This document shows positions 1-12,225 of a stretch of 43,907 nucleotides of DNA, piece after piece. The notes beneath the pieces are model-generated. The model saw only the letters and a list, made by a program, of their open reading frames with translations. It had not been told where the DNA came from and searched no databases. The stretch spans positions 496,001 to 539,907 of the forward strand of contig JABVCE010000024.1 in assembly GCA_014905635.1 (NCBI GenBank), written 5' to 3'. A program made the translations under genes and the position numbers. The stretch's first letter is position 1. Each line of letters opens with the position of its first letter. Source of the DNA: Scenedesmus sp. PABB004. Taxonomy: Eukaryota.

Positions 1-146
1 CGTGCCGCGCCGCTGTGCTGCCCACGCCCGCCCACACACCGCGCCCGCCGCGCCGGACTAAACCGTACCCGCGCCCGCCCGCCAAACCGCGCCGCCCGGG
101 CCTCCGCCCGCTAAACCGCGCCGCGCCCGCGCGCTCAACCCCGCAG

Positions 147-449
147 ACGCCGCTGCTGGAGGTCATCGACAAGATTGTGAGCAACCGCATCCACCGCGTG
201 TACATCATCGACGACGCGGAGCGCCCGGTCGGCGTGGTCACGTGCACCGACGTCGTGCGGCTCGTCGTGCGCGTGACGCGCAAGGCGCTGCTCGACGGCA
301 GCGCCCACGGCGGCGCCGCCGGCGAGGGCGGCGAGGGCGACGAGCAGCAGCAGGCGGGGCAGCAGCAGCAGCAGCAGCCGGCGGCGGCGGCGGGCGCGGA
401 CGCGGACGCGTCGGAAGCGCGCGCGCCAGAGGCGGCGCCGCCGCAGTAG
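147..449 (+). CDS. Last exon of a CBS-domain protein (SNF4/AMPK-gamma-like); 5' part lies outside the window
   Basis: Acceptor ccgcag at 141-146, then TPLLEVIDKIVSNRIHRVYIIDDAERPVGVVTCTDVVRLV, which fits the CBS pattern (ihRlyVvD...pvGvvTxtD). Low-complexity Q/A tail and TAG at 447-449. Confidence 0.8.
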   Translation, partial: TPLLEVIDKIVSNRIHRVYIIDDAERPVGVVTCTDVVRLVVRVTRKALLDGSAHGGAAGEGGEGDEQQQAGQQQQQQPAAAAGADADASEARAPEAAPPQ

Positions 450-1006
450 TGGCGGCGGCGCCGTGCGCGCGGGCGCGGCGCGCGGTTGCCAAGTTGCCAA
501 GTTGAGGGGGGGGGGCAGCTGCGACGCTGCCGGCTCAAACAGTATCAGTATCGGGAGGGAGAGCGAGCGAGCGAGAGCGAGCGCGCGGCGCGGCGCGGCC
601 GGGCGGCGCGCGGCGGTGCGTGCGTCATGTGTGCTGCGGCGACTGAGCGACGGCGCTTCGCGGGCCTGCAGCGTGCTCAGGGGCGTAACCTGCTGCTTAC
701 TCGCAAGGGCGCGGCGCGCCTCGGGCAGCTGGGCCAGGGGGGCCCTCTGCACGCACACGGACAGACACAGACCGACAGACACAGACCATAACCCTGCACA
801 GATTGACAGTCCCGCGAGACCAGGCGCCACCAGACCTGCACATGGACCCCCCGGCCGCAGGGGTGCATGTCGCAGCACCGCGCCGCGCCGGCGGCCCCTC
901 CGCTCCCACCCGCTCCCACCGCTCAGCCGCGCGGCGCGCCCGGCGAGGGGCGCCCGGCGCTGGAACACAGCTGCACACCGCTGCACACGTCCACGCGGCG
1001 CCCGAC

Positions 1007-1363
1007 TCACATGAAGGGCCACGTCGTCGGCAGCGCGCCGGGCGCGTGCGCGGCGGCGCCGCGCGTCGCCGCCGGCGCCGCGCCCGCCTTGCTGGTGCTC
1101 GCTCGGTGGTGGTGGTGGTGGTGGTGCGGCGCCGGCCGGAACATCGCCGCCAGCCAGGCGTCCAGGAAGGCGCGGCGAGGGGGCGGCGCCGGCGCGCCGG
1201 CGGCCCCCGCTGAGGCCGCGCGCCGCTTCGCGGCGCCGCCGCCGTGGCCGTGCACGCTCGCCGCCCCGCCGGTGCACTTGTCTCGCCGCACGGTCGCGAG
1301 CATGCGCTCCGCCAGGCGGTGCGAGCGCTGCTCGCGCTCCAGGGCGCCGCAGGGCCAGGCCAT
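1007..1363 (-). CDS. Possible small hypothetical protein (MAWPCGALEREQRSHRLAERML...HHHHHHH...TTWPFM)
   Basis: ATG at 1363, protein-like charged N-terminus, His7 tract and stop at 1007. Divergent from UPM1. No recognisable domain. Confidence 0.3.
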   Translation of the reverse strand: MAWPCGALEREQRSHRLAERMLATVRRDKCTGGAASVHGHGGGAAKRRAASAGAAGAPAPPPRRAFLDAWLAAMFRPAPHHHHHHHRASTSKAGAAPAATRGAAAHAPGALPTTWPFM

Positions 1364-1695
1364 GGACAGCGCGCGGGCGTGTGGCACGAGTGGCGGCGTG
1401 CGCACGCGGCGAGTGTGTGCGTGTGGCGCGCTCGCGAGTGAGATGGGCAGCGACACCCGAGCTCGCAGGGCCGCGACCGCGGCTCAGGGGCTGGGGCACG
1501 GGCGGAGGTGGTCCCGACCGATGGACCGCGCGGTCCACGCCCGCTGGGGTCAGCCCGCAAAAGCCCCGCCGCGCCGCCAGCAGCAGGCGTCACAAGCTCA
1601 GAGCGCTCTCCGGACGCCAGCAGCGCTCCAAAAGCACCCTCCTCAGCAGCTGGCCCCCGGCGCCCTCACTCGCGCGCCCCCAGCACGCCGGCGCC

Positions 1696-2346
1696 ATGCT
1701 CGCGCGGGGGCCCGCCAGCCGTTCCGTGCTCGCAGCTGCCAGCGGCGTCGGCCTGGCGGTCCCGGCGGCGCTGCGGCGCGCGGGGCGCCGTGCGCCGGCC
1801 GGCCGCGCCTGCTGCGCGCGGCCCGGCCCCAGCGACGCCGGCGCGCGCGATCCCGCCGGCCCCTGCGACACCAGCCGCTTCCTGGAGCTGCTGCGCGAGC
1901 GGCAGGCGGCCGCCGGTGCGGCGGCGCGGCGGCGGGCGCAGCAGCAGGACGGCGGCCGCCGCGGCGTGCCCATGCGGGCGGCGCCGCCCCGCGCCGCCGC
2001 TCCCCTGCCGACGCCCTGACGGCCCCACCGCTCGCGCCGCAGGCGGCGCCGGGGCGAGCAGCAGCGCGGGCGGGCCGCCGGGGCGCGTGTACCTCGTGGG
2101 CACCGGCCCCGGCGACCCGGGGCTGCTCACGCTGCGCGCGGTGCAGCTGATGCAGACCGCCGACGTCGTGCTCTACGACCGGCTCGTCTCGGACGACGTG
2201 CTGCGCCTCGTGCACGGCGGCGCGCGCATGGTCTACGTCGGCAAGGCCGCCGGCTTCCACACGCGCTCGCAGGCGCGGCCGCGGCGGACGACGGCGCGCT
2301 GCAGCGGGCGTGCGCCCGGCGCGGCTGGCGGCGCCGACCCAGCCAG

Positions 2347-2377
<31 letters not shown>

Positions 2378-2831
2378 TGACCCGCCGCGCCGCGCGGCGC
2401 GCGCGCGCGCGCGCAGGCGGAGATCCACGAGCTGCTGCTGCAGTTTGCCGAGGCGGGCGCGACGGTCGTGCGGCTCAAGGGCGGCGACCCATACGTCTTT
2501 GGCAGGCGCGCGCCGCCGCCGCCGCTGAGCCGCTGGCGCCGCCGAGTCCCCGCCGCCGCCGCCGCCGCTGCCGCCGCCGCCGCGCGCCGCGCTCCGCGCT
2601 CCGCGCTCGCTGCAGCGGCGCGGCGCGCCGCGCTGCGCTCCTGCGCCGCTGCGCTCCGAGGCGACGCGTCGCCCACCCGCCCGCCGTCTGCCCCTTCCGC
2701 AGGGGCGGCGAGGAGGTGGCGTACCTCGCGGCGCGCGGCGTGCCGGTGCACGCGGTGCCCGGCATCACCGCCGCGGCGGGCATCTGCGCCGAGCTGGGCA
2801 TCCCCATGACGCACAGGTCCGCGGCGGCGGC

Positions 2832-2862
<31 letters not shown>

Positions 2863-2885
2863 GCGTGTGTGCGGCGGCCGCGGCG

Positions 2886-2927
<42 letters not shown>

Positions 2928-3635
2928 TGGGGGCGCGGCGGCGGCGGCGGCGGCGGCGCGGCGGCGCTGTGTGTGTGTGGTGGGTCGCGGGGGCGCCGAG
3001 CGCAGGGGGCGCAGGCGGAGAGGAGGAGAGGCCGCGCCGGCGGCGGGGCGCGCCTGCGCCGTCCGCCACGCGCCGACCGCGCCGACGCCGCACCGCGCCG
3101 CGCCGCGCCGCGCCGCCGCAGGGGCGTCGCGACGAGCGTGCGCTTCCTCACCGGCCACGCGCGCGAGGGCGGCGAGGCGGCGCTCGACGCGAGCGTCGCG
3201 GCGGCCGCCGACCCGGGCAGCACGCTGGTCGTCTACATGGGCCTCGCCACGCTGCCGGCGCTCGTGGAGCAGCTCACGGCCGACGGGCGCATGCCGCGCG
3301 ACCTGCCCGCCGTCGCGGTCGAGCGCGGCACGACGGCGGCGCAGCGCGTCGTGTTTGCGCCGCTCGGCGGGCTGCACGCCGCGATCAGCGCCGCGGGGCT
3401 GCAGTCGCCGACGCTGCTGGTCATCGGCGAGGTCGTCGCGCTGTCCCCCGGCTGGGCCGCCGCGGCGGCGGGGACGCAGCCGCAGCAGGCGCCGCGCCAC
3501 CCCGCGCTCGACTGCGCGCGGCTGCAGCTGCCCGACGCCGTCGCCGCGGTGCTGCGGCCGGCGGAGCGGAGCGCGCCCCAGCAGCAGCAGCCGGCGGCAC
3601 CGCGGGAGCGGGAGCACGAGCTGGGGCGCCGCTGA
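1696..3635 (+). CDS. UPM1: Plastid uroporphyrinogen-III C-methyltransferase (SUMT/CobA-type, siroheme pathway), 5 exons
   Basis: Transit-peptide-like N-terminus. Motifs [74 protein letters not shown] and TLVVYMG join across introns at about 1916-2042, 2273-2416, 2506-2702 and 2817-3121. Confidence 0.95.
2888..2925. repeat. (GT)n microsatellite flanked by (GGC)n in UPM1 intron 4
   Basis: Seen directly in the sequence. Confidence 0.95.
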
Positions 3636-3800
3636 TCGCGCCCGGCGGCGGCCGGGAGGGGGGATTCCTTGCGCCCGCAGATTGCTTGCGCCCGCGGGCC
3701 CGGCGCACCGCTGCAACACGCGGGTGCGCGCGGCGCCCCGTGACTGACTTGTTCCCGGGCACCCGCGGATCGCCGCCGCCAGCTCGCGCACGCCAGGCGG

Positions 3801-6161
3801 CTACTCCTGCCCCAGCGCCGCCGCCAGCCGCACGGCCGCCTGCAGCAGCAGCTCATCGCCGCCCGGCGGCCCAATCAGGCTCAGCCCGACTGGCAGCCCC
3901 TCGACGCGTGCAAAGGGCAGGCTCACCTGCGCGCGGTGGCGCGGGCACGCGGCGGCGGCGCGTGTGCGGGGCGCGTGCCGGCAGCGCCGCCGCGGCGGCC
4001 ATGGCCACGGTCGCGGCTGGCCAGCCGCGACGCACCTGCGGCAGGCCTGACAGGCCCGCGATTGCGGTGAGGCTGATGAGCGAGCGCCGCCAGTCGTCCA
4101 GCTGGGCCGCCGGCGTGTCGAGCGGCACCGCCGGCCCCGGCGCGGTCGGCAGCGCCAGCAGGCCGTCGTCGCCGAGCAGCGCGCGCACGTGCGCCGCGAT
4201 GCTGCGCGCCGCGCGCGCACGGGGCGGCGGGCGTGTGGCGAGGCGGCGGCCGCGGCGGCGGCGGCGGAGCGCGTGCGCGCGCCCGGCGTCGCCCGGGCCC
4301 CGTCGCACCGCGCGCGCTTGGCGTCCGCGGCGGCAAACTCTGCGTCGCTGATGCCGCTGGCCATCCTGAAGCGGTCGGCGACGCCCGGCCCGAAGCGGGG
4401 CGCGTGCCCGCTCACCCACGCGCCGTGGGTGCGCCAGATCTCGTGCGCCTGCGCGCCGCGCCGCGCCGCGCCGCGCCGCGCGCGGCGTCGGTTGCCCGGG
4501 CCCTCTGGCGCGCGGGGCGGCGCCGCTCGCTGCCCTCTCTCGCGCTGAGCCCTAGTTCGTCAGCGCGGCGTCAGGGCCCATGCGCACCTGCGTGACACGG
4601 AAAACCTCCATCCAGCTCCCCAGCAGCTCCAGGCCCTCGCCCGCAAGCGCCGCGCCTGCCACCTCGACCTCGGTCGGCTCGCCCAGCACGCCCTTGACTG
4701 CGGCGGCGCGGGTGCGCGCGGGTCCAGGGGCGCGCCGGCGGCGCCGGCGGCAGCGTGCGCGCGCGCCGGCGGCCGCGTTTTGCCGCGGCGCGCACCCGCG
4801 CCAGAGCTGGCCCCCGACAGCGCGCCGTAGATGGCTTCGCCAGTGGCCGGCTGCGCCAAGCTGAACGCGTCCTTTGCGACGAGCCAGCGCACCGGCAGCG
4901 GCCCGTCCCCCAGTGGCGCCGCCGCACAGCCGTCGCCGCTGGGCGGCGCCAGCAGTACGCGTCCCACGCGCCGCAGCAGCTCCGCGTCGCGCGTAAACCT
5001 GCGGCGCGGCGGGCCCAGGCGCTCCACGGGGCGCCGCGCCGCGCCGCGCCGGAACCGCCCGCGCCGCGCCGCGCCGCGCGGCGGGCGCCGCACCAGCCGA
5101 CCGTGTCAAACGACGGCGCGAGCGGGCGCGCGTGCGCGAGGGAGATGCGGCCGTGGCTGGGGCGAATGCCGTACAGGCCGCAGTAGCTCGCCGGCACGCG
5201 CACCGAGCCGCCCGTGTCGCTGCCAAGCCCGACGTCCGCCTGCCCCGCCGCGACCGCCGCCTGCGGCCGGCGCGCGCGGCGCGCGGCCCGCGGCGTGGGC
5301 GTGAGCGGCGCCGCCCGCGCGCCGGCCGCGCGCGCCGGCCGCGCACCGCGGAGCCGGAGCTCGAGCCGCCGGGGATGCGGCCGGGCGCGGCGACGTTGGT
5401 CGGCGTGCCATAGTGTGCGTTCTCGCCGTTGAGGCTGCGGCAGGGGAGCGGCGGGGCGGCAGGGCGGGACGGGGCGGCAGGGCGGCGGGGCCGGGGGCGT
5501 TTCAGCCGTGGACGTTTCAGCCGTGACGTGCCGGGCGAGCCCGGCAGCAGCTGCGCGCCGACTGCAAGGCTGCAGCCCTGCGCGCGCCGCCAGCTGCGCG
5601 CGCCGCCGCCAGCTGCACACGCCTGTAGGCGAGCTCATCCATGTGGGTCTTGCCCACCACCACGCCACCAGCCGCGAGCAGCGCGGCGACGGGCGGCGCG
5701 GTCGCCGCCGCGGGCGCGGCGTGCGTCTGCAGCCACACCGGGTTGCCAAAGCCCGTCGCATGCCCCGCCACCTGCGCGGCGCGGCGCGGCAGGTTTGCTG
5801 AGCGGCCGGGGCCGCTGCTGCCGCTCCCGCCGCCGCTGATTCGGCGCCACCGCGCCGCCCGGCGCCGTGGGGCGCCTCACGTCGAACAGATCCTTGACCG
5901 CCACCGTCACGCCGGCCAGCGGCCCGCTGCCGGCGCCCTCCAGGCGGAAGCGGGAGATGAAGGACCCCGTGGCGTCTGCGGCAGCGGCGGTTGAGGAGCT
6001 TGTGCGCAGCGGGCGGGGCAGCGGCAGCAGCGCTCGAGCGTGCGTTTCACACCTGCGTCCGCCGCCGCCGCAGCCATCGCGCGGTGCCGGCGGGGCGCCT
6101 GGACGGTCGCAGGGCGCAGCAGCCTGGCTCCAGTCAGCGCGGGGCGGCGCAGGCCGAGCAT
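3801..6161 (-). CDS. Amidase signature family protein (AMI1/Toc64 amidase-domain-like), multi-exon, probably organelle-targeted
   Basis: Spliced motifs [108 protein letters not shown] and [13 protein letters not shown]. The Lys-cisSer-Ser triad motifs are present. Confidence 0.93.
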
Positions 6162-6502
6162 CGGTGCCGCGGCGGCCGCAGCAGCAGCGCAGCGGCGCGC
6201 CGCCCGGTGCGCGGCGTGCGCGGCGTGAGTGAGATCGCTGCGAGCGGCTCGGAGCGTAGCGCGTCTCGGTGCCAGTGACTTGGCGGGCCGGCGGCGAGCG
6301 CAGCGCGCTGTCGAGCTGGCGGGAGCACCTCCCGGCCAAAGCCCGCGCCTGCCCGCTCGCCTGCCCCCGAGCCGACCTCCCGCGCCCGCGCGGGTGCTGT
6401 CAGTTCACTGCAGTGCTGTCAGCTATCGGCCCGCGCTGCCGCCGGCACACACCAGCCGGCCGCGGCAGCGGCGCCGCTGCTGCCGGCCGCCCGTGGCCGC
6501 AC

Positions 6503-7060
6503 ATGCTGCGCGCCGCCGCGGCCGCCAGCGCCGCCCTGCCAGCCCTGCCAGCCCTGCCAGCCCTGCCAGGTGGTCGCTGCCAGCTCTTGGCCCTCGTGCC
6601 GAGGGCGCCGTCGGCCGCCTGGGGCGGGGCGCGGCGCGGCGCGGCGGGCGTCGCAGCAGCGGGCAAGCGGCAGGCCAAAACCAAGGCGCCGGCCAAGGCC
6701 GACCTGCCTGAGAAGGTCTGCACCGTCTGCGGCCGCCCGTTCTCCTGGTGCGCGCCACGCCGAGCCGCTGGGTCCGCAGGCTGGCCAGCGGCTGGCCGCC
6801 AGCCTCCGGCGTGGCGCGGCGCGGCTGACCGCGGCCAGCGCGGGCTGCCCCGCGACGCGCGCGGTGCTGCTCACGCGCACTGCCTCCACCCCCGCCGTGC
6901 GCGTGTTCTGCGCAGGCGCAAGAAGTGGGCGAACGTGTGGGCGGAGGTGAAGTATTGCAGTGATCGCTGCCGCTCCAACCGGGGCAGCGCCGGCGGGCGG
7001 TCGGAGCTCGAGCCTGGCGGGAGCCAGGCGCCAGGGCCGGCGGCGGGCGCGCCGCCGTGA
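6503..7060 (+). CDS. DUF2256-domain small Zn-binding protein with a transit-peptide-like N-terminus, 2 exons
   Basis: KADLPEKVCTVCGRPFSW|RKKWANVWAEVKYCSDRCR matches the DUF2256 consensus (LPxKxCxxCGRPFxWRKKW...VxYCSxRCR). Intron at 6748-6915. Confidence 0.88.
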   Translation: MLRAAAAASAALPALPALPALPGGRCQLLALVPRAPSAAWGGARRGAAGVAAAGKRQAKTKAPAKADLPEKVCTVCGRPFSWCAPRRAAGSAGWPAAGRQPPAWRGAADRGQRGLPRDARGAAHAHCLHPRRARVLRRRKKWANVWAEVKYCSDRCRSNRGSAGGRSELEPGGSQAPGPAAGAPP

Positions 7061-7409
7061 CGCCGCCGCGCCGGGTCGGCGCCGCTGGGCGGCGGCGCGT
7101 GCGGAAGAGAGTGACGCGGGGCGGCAGAGCAACCGCGGCGTCAGCTCCGCGTAACGCCGCCCGCCGCGACGAGCCCGCAGCTCTCTGGCACTCCTGTCGC
7201 GGCTGCCGTCCGCCCCGCGCGAGACCAGACCGCTTCCAGCCCTCGCACGCGTCGCACCGCCGCCGCTGCCGACGCCGCCGCCGGCGCCCGCGCTGCCGCT
7301 GCCGCCGCTGCCCCCTCGCCCCGCGCGCCCCGCTCGGGACGGCCTTTGCGGTCTTACGGACTCCCGGGCGCGCCGCGGGACAGCCGGGGACGCCGCAGCA
7401 GCTCAGCAG

Positions 7410-9006
7410 ATGGCTGCGCCGCAGCGAGCAGCGGCCGGCGGCGCGCCGCCGCGCCGCCTGCGCGTGCTGTGCCTCCACAGCTGGCGGACGAGCGGGGCGA
7501 TCTTCAGGGAGCAGCTCCGGCGGGCCGGGCTGGACACGGCGCTCGACGACCTGCTCGAGCTGGTGCGTCGACAGCACGCAGCGCGCAGCAGCTCCAACAC
7601 CCTGGCTGTCGCGAGCGAGCGAGCGAGCCCGCCGCCCGCCCGCCCGCCCGCCCGTCGCCGGCAGGTCTTCATCACCGCGCCCAACGCCGCGAGCGGGCCG
7701 ATCCCCGAGGACGTCGCGGGTGCGTGCGGCGCCGCCGGCAGCTCCGCGCGGCCGCACACCGCCGCCGGCCCGCGCGCGCACGCGCCACCGTCCCCCGCCC
7801 GCCCCTGCCGCTGTCCCCCGCCAGGCACCTTTGCGCCGCCCTACTTCGAGTGGTTCAGTACGGAGAAGGCCCAGGCACGCGCCGCGCCGCGCCCGCCGCC
7901 TCACGCTCACGCTCCCACACGCTCACGCTCCCACACGCCCGCGCACCCGCGCCATCCCTCACGCTCGCCCTGCCCTCCCTCCCGCGCCCGCGCCCGCTCT
8001 GTGCCCTCCCTCCCTTGCTGTCCCACACCACAGGACGGGGAGGAGATCGTGTTCACCTACAACCGGCTGCTCGAGAGCGAGGCCTTCATCGCCGCGGCGG
8101 TCCGCGACCTCGGGCCCTTTGACGGCCTCTGCGGCTTCAGCCAGGGCGGCGCGATGGCGTCGAGCCTCGCCGCGCTCCAGGCGGCGGGGCTGGCGCTGCA
8201 GGACGTGCCGCGCTTCAGGTGACGGGGGGCCCCGCCGCGCCCGCCCCGCCCGGCGCCCGCGGCCGCCGCGCAGCGCTGCCCGGGGGCCTTCCGCGGGCGT
8301 CGACAATGCCCCGCCTGAACCGCCGCCGGCACCACCGCCTGAACCCCAGGTTTTGCCTCCTCTACGGCAGCGTCCTGACCACGCACCCGCGCTACGCGCC
8401 GGCCTTCCGCGAGCGCGTGCCCGTGCCCTCCTGCCACGTCATCGGGCACAAGGACTAGTGAGCGCGGCGCGGCGCGCTCCAGACGGCGCGGCGCCGCCGC
8501 AGGAGGGGCGGGGCCCTCGTGCCGCGCGCGCACGCCGGCCCCGCCTGAGCTCCGCCCGCCCGAGCAACGCGCGCGTCCGCACTGCACCGCCGCCCCGCCC
8601 GCAGCGTGAAGGAGCACTCGATTGCGCTGGCCCGCGCGTTTGAGGCGCCGATTGTGATCATGCACGGCAGGTGCGCGCGCGCGCTTGGCCAGGGTTTACC
8701 GGGGGTCACCTGAACCCTGCCACGAGGCCAGGGGGCCCCGCGCGGGTCGCTCGGGCCGCCGGGGCGGCTCGGGTCGCTGGGTGCGCGCCGCCGCGCCTGA
8801 CGCCGCCGCCCGCGCGCCCGGGCAGGGGCCACGTCGTGCCGCCGCTGGCGCGAGAGCACCTGGCGGTGCTGCGGGCATTCCTGACAGCGATGCGAGACCT
8901 GCCGCCGCCGGCGGGGCCCGCGCCGGTGCGGCCGCGGCGGCACGGAGCCTGGGCTGCCAGCGCGCTGCTGCCGGCTCGCCCAGCCACCGCGCCACCGCCG
9001 AGCTGA
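7410..9006 (+). CDS. FSH1/OVCA2-family serine hydrolase, 7 exons
   Basis: LRVLCLHSWRTSGAIFREQ, PPYFEWF, GPFDGLCGFSQGGAMA (nucleophile elbow), PSCHVIGHKD|Y (Asp) and HGR|GHVVP (His). Confidence 0.92.
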
Positions 9007-9446
9007 GCCGCCCGTCGCCGCCGCCGCGCAGGGGCGGGCGCAGCTGGAGCCGCTCGACCCGCCCCGGCCGGTGTGGGAGGCCGAGGCCGAGCAGGCGCAG
9101 GAGCAGAGCGGCGCGGGCGGCGAGCGGCAGCAGCAGGGGTTCGTGCACCGGCTGAAGCTGAGTGGAAGGCCGCCGTCGAAGCTGTGAGGCGGCAGCCCTG
9201 AGGCCGCGGCGCGTTTGTGACCTCGCTGCGCGGCGCCGGCGGCTGGCGAGTTGAGCCGGGCAGCCTGTGCAACTGCCGTGTTACGGCCGCACTTGCTATC
9301 CCCAGAACCGGGGGCGCCTCGCCGTGCAGCCCTGCGCAGCCGCCGCGCTCCGCTCCGCGCTCCTTGCTCCGGGCCCCGCTCCGCGCTCCGTGCTCCGGGC
9401 CGCCGCCGCGCGCGCACACGCGCCGCGCCTGCGGGCTTGGCCCACC

Positions 9447-11792
9447 TCAGCCCACCTCGGCCTTGCAGATGGGGCACTTGCGGCTGTACTGCCCGAGCCA
9501 CTGCGACGCGCAGGGCTCGTGGAACTCGTGCCTGCAGGGCAGCGCGAGCACCGGCTCCGCGCCGCCGAGGTCGCACTGGCAGATGCTGCAGATACCGGGC
9601 CTGCGGCGGCAGGGGGCGGCGCGGCAGCGGGGTGAGGCGCGGACCTCCGAGGACGGCGCCACGGGCGGCCGCGCGCGCCGCGCGCGCGCCGCGCCGCGCA
9701 CCCGTCGTCGCCGGCGCCGGCGCCGCCGCCGCCGCCCTCGCCGCCGCCGCCGCCGCGCGGCGGCACCGCGCGGCGCGGCAGGCTCGCCAGGATCTCCGGC
9801 GGCACAACAACCTTCACGTCCTCCAGCCCCACCAGCGCCTCGTAGCTCAGCGGCGCGCCGAGCCCCGCGATGCCGGCGAGGCCGAGGCGCTCCAGGCCCC
9901 CCGCCGCGCCGCCCGCGGCCGGGCCGAGGTCGAGCGGCGGCAGCAGCGCGTCGCGCGGGAGCTCCAGCCCGAGCAGCGCGCTCACGCGCGCCATGCGCGC
10001 GAGCGCGTCGGGCCCGAGCCCCGCCAGCAGCGCGCCGGCGCCAGGGGCGCCGGCGGCGCCGGGGCGCTGCCGCGACGAGAGCTCCTGCGCCAGCAGGTCC
10101 AGCACGGACCCCGCCGCCGCCGCCGCCGCCGCCGCCCCGCCCTGCTGCTCCTGCGACTGCCAGCGGCGCAGCCGCAGCTGCTGCGCGAGCAGGGCGCCCC
10201 GCGCGGCGCCGGGGTCGGCGGCGCCGCCTGCGCTCGTCACGAGCCCCGCGCGGGCGCGCGCGCTGCCGATGCCGCCGCCGTCCGCGACGCCCGCCTCGCC
10301 GTGCGCCTGCAGCAGCGCGCGCAGCTGCTCCTGCGCGCCCAGCTGCGCCGCCGCCAGCTGGCTGACGGCGCCCATGGCGTGTGGCGGCGCGCCGGCCGCG
10401 GCCGCCGCAGCCGCCTCCTCTAGCGCGGAACGGATGAGGCCGCCGCGCGTCGACAGCGGCGCCGTGCCTGGCGAGAGCCAGGCGTCGTCCTCGCCGTCCG
10501 ACGCGGCGTCCACCAGCGCCGGCGGGCGGTCGTCGCTGCCGGGCCGCAGTGGTTGGTCGCGCGGCGCGGCGGGCGCGACGCTGAGACCGGGCCGCCGCTG
10601 GCGCAGCTGCGGCGCCGAGGCGGCGGCCTCCGCGGCGCCGCCGCCGGCGCCGCCGCCGGCGCCGCCGGCGACCAGGAGGCTGCTCGCGGCAAGCGCCGCC
10701 ATGGCCAGCGCGTCGCTCTGCCGCGTTGACTCGCTGGCAGACGCGAGCAGCGCCTCCCACGGCGGCGCGTCCGGCTGCGGCGCCACGGCGGCGGGCGCGG
10801 CGCCCGGGGGCGGCCCGCGCTCCAGGAGCTGCACCAGCGCGCCCAGGCTGCCGCCCGGCGAGCCGCCGAGGCCGCCGCCAGCGTGCTGCTGCGCTGCCGC
10901 CGGGACGGCGCCCCCCTGGCGGGCCGCGCGCGTGCTGCCAGCGAGCAGCTGCCGCACCCAGGCCGCCACCTGGGCGTTGGGGCTCTCGCCCAGCGCGGCG
11001 CCGGACGGTGCGGGCGCCACGCGCAGGCGCGCGAGGGCAGGCATCACCAGCGGCGGCGCAGCGCCGTCCGGCGTTGCGTCGGCGCCGACGCCGTGCCCGG
11101 CCGCGCCGCGCGCGCTGCCCTGCTGGGGCTGCTGCGCGTCCGGGCGCTCGCCGTCCGCCGCCCGCTGCTGGTCCGTCGCTGCCGTCCCGGGGCCCTGGTC
11201 CGCCAGGGAGCGCGCGATGGCAATCCGCAGCATCAGATCCTCCACGCCGCCACCGGCCTCGTCGCCGCCGCCGCCCAGCAGCCCGAGCAGCGCGCCGCCG
11301 CGCCGCGCAGGCCGTGGGCGGCCCAGCTGCGGCGTGCCGCCGCCGCCGCCGTCAAGGCCGCCGCCGCCGTCGTCCGAGAGGTCGCCACCGAGCGCCGCGA
11401 CCAGCGCCGGCGGGCCGTCGTCGTCGCCCTCGCTGCTGGCCGCGCCGTCGTCGTCGTCGCCGCGCCAGCGTGCTGGCGCAGGCGCGAGCGCCGCCGGCGG
11501 CGGCGGCGGCGGCGCGGTCGGCAGCTGCGCGGGCACAGGCGCCGGCGGTGCTGGCGGCTGCGGCGACGCAGTGCCTGCCTGCCCGTGGACTGTAGGCAGC
11601 TGCACGTGAGGCGGCTGCGGCCGGCTGGGCCGCGCGGCAGGGCCCGCGCCAGCTCCCAGGCTGACGTCGCCGGCGGCGAGCGCGCCGCTGCTGGCGGTGC
11701 TCTGGTCGCCGGCGCGTCGCTCGCGAGGCGGCGGCGGCGGCGGCGGCCGTGGTGGTGGGGGCGGCGGCGGCGCCTGCTGCCACCGTTGCCAG

Positions 11793-11885
<93 letters not shown>

Positions 11886-12190
11886 GGCTGCGCCGCAGCC
11901 GGCGGCGGCCACTGGAGGTGCTGCTGCGGTGGCCACTGGAGGTGCTGCTGCAGCGGCCACTGCTGCAGCGGCCACTGCTGTGGCGGCCACTGCTGTGGCG
12001 GCCACTGCTGCTGATACTGCTGAGGCGGTGTCAGCCAGGCGCCGCTGGCGACCAGCTGCGCGCCTGGCGCGGCCATGAGCGGCGCCGACGGCAGCGCGTG
12101 CTGCGCTGGCCATCCCTCGGGCGGCCACTGCTGCTGCGGCCACGCCGCGCCCATGTGCTGGCCGCCGCCGCCGCCGTTCCAGCCGCCAAA

Positions 12191-12225
<35 letters not shown>

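Noticed and set aside
2346..2377. Long poly-C runs (also about 16674-16693, 20147-20162, 21683-21699) as G-quadruplex elements
   Set aside because: Simple intronic homopolymers of unreliable length with no further support.
5498..5530. Short direct repeat cgtttcagccgtg x2 in an amidase intron
   Set aside because: Local slippage-type duplication, not seen elsewhere in the window.
8452..8462. In-frame TAG after GHKD in FSH1 (readthrough or recoding?)
   Set aside because: It is TA|gtgag, a phase-2 splice donor that gives TAC (Tyr) after splicing.
11697..12014. Poly-Cys metallothionein-like ORF on the + strand
   Set aside because: Antisense shadow of the polyQ tract in the RING gene.
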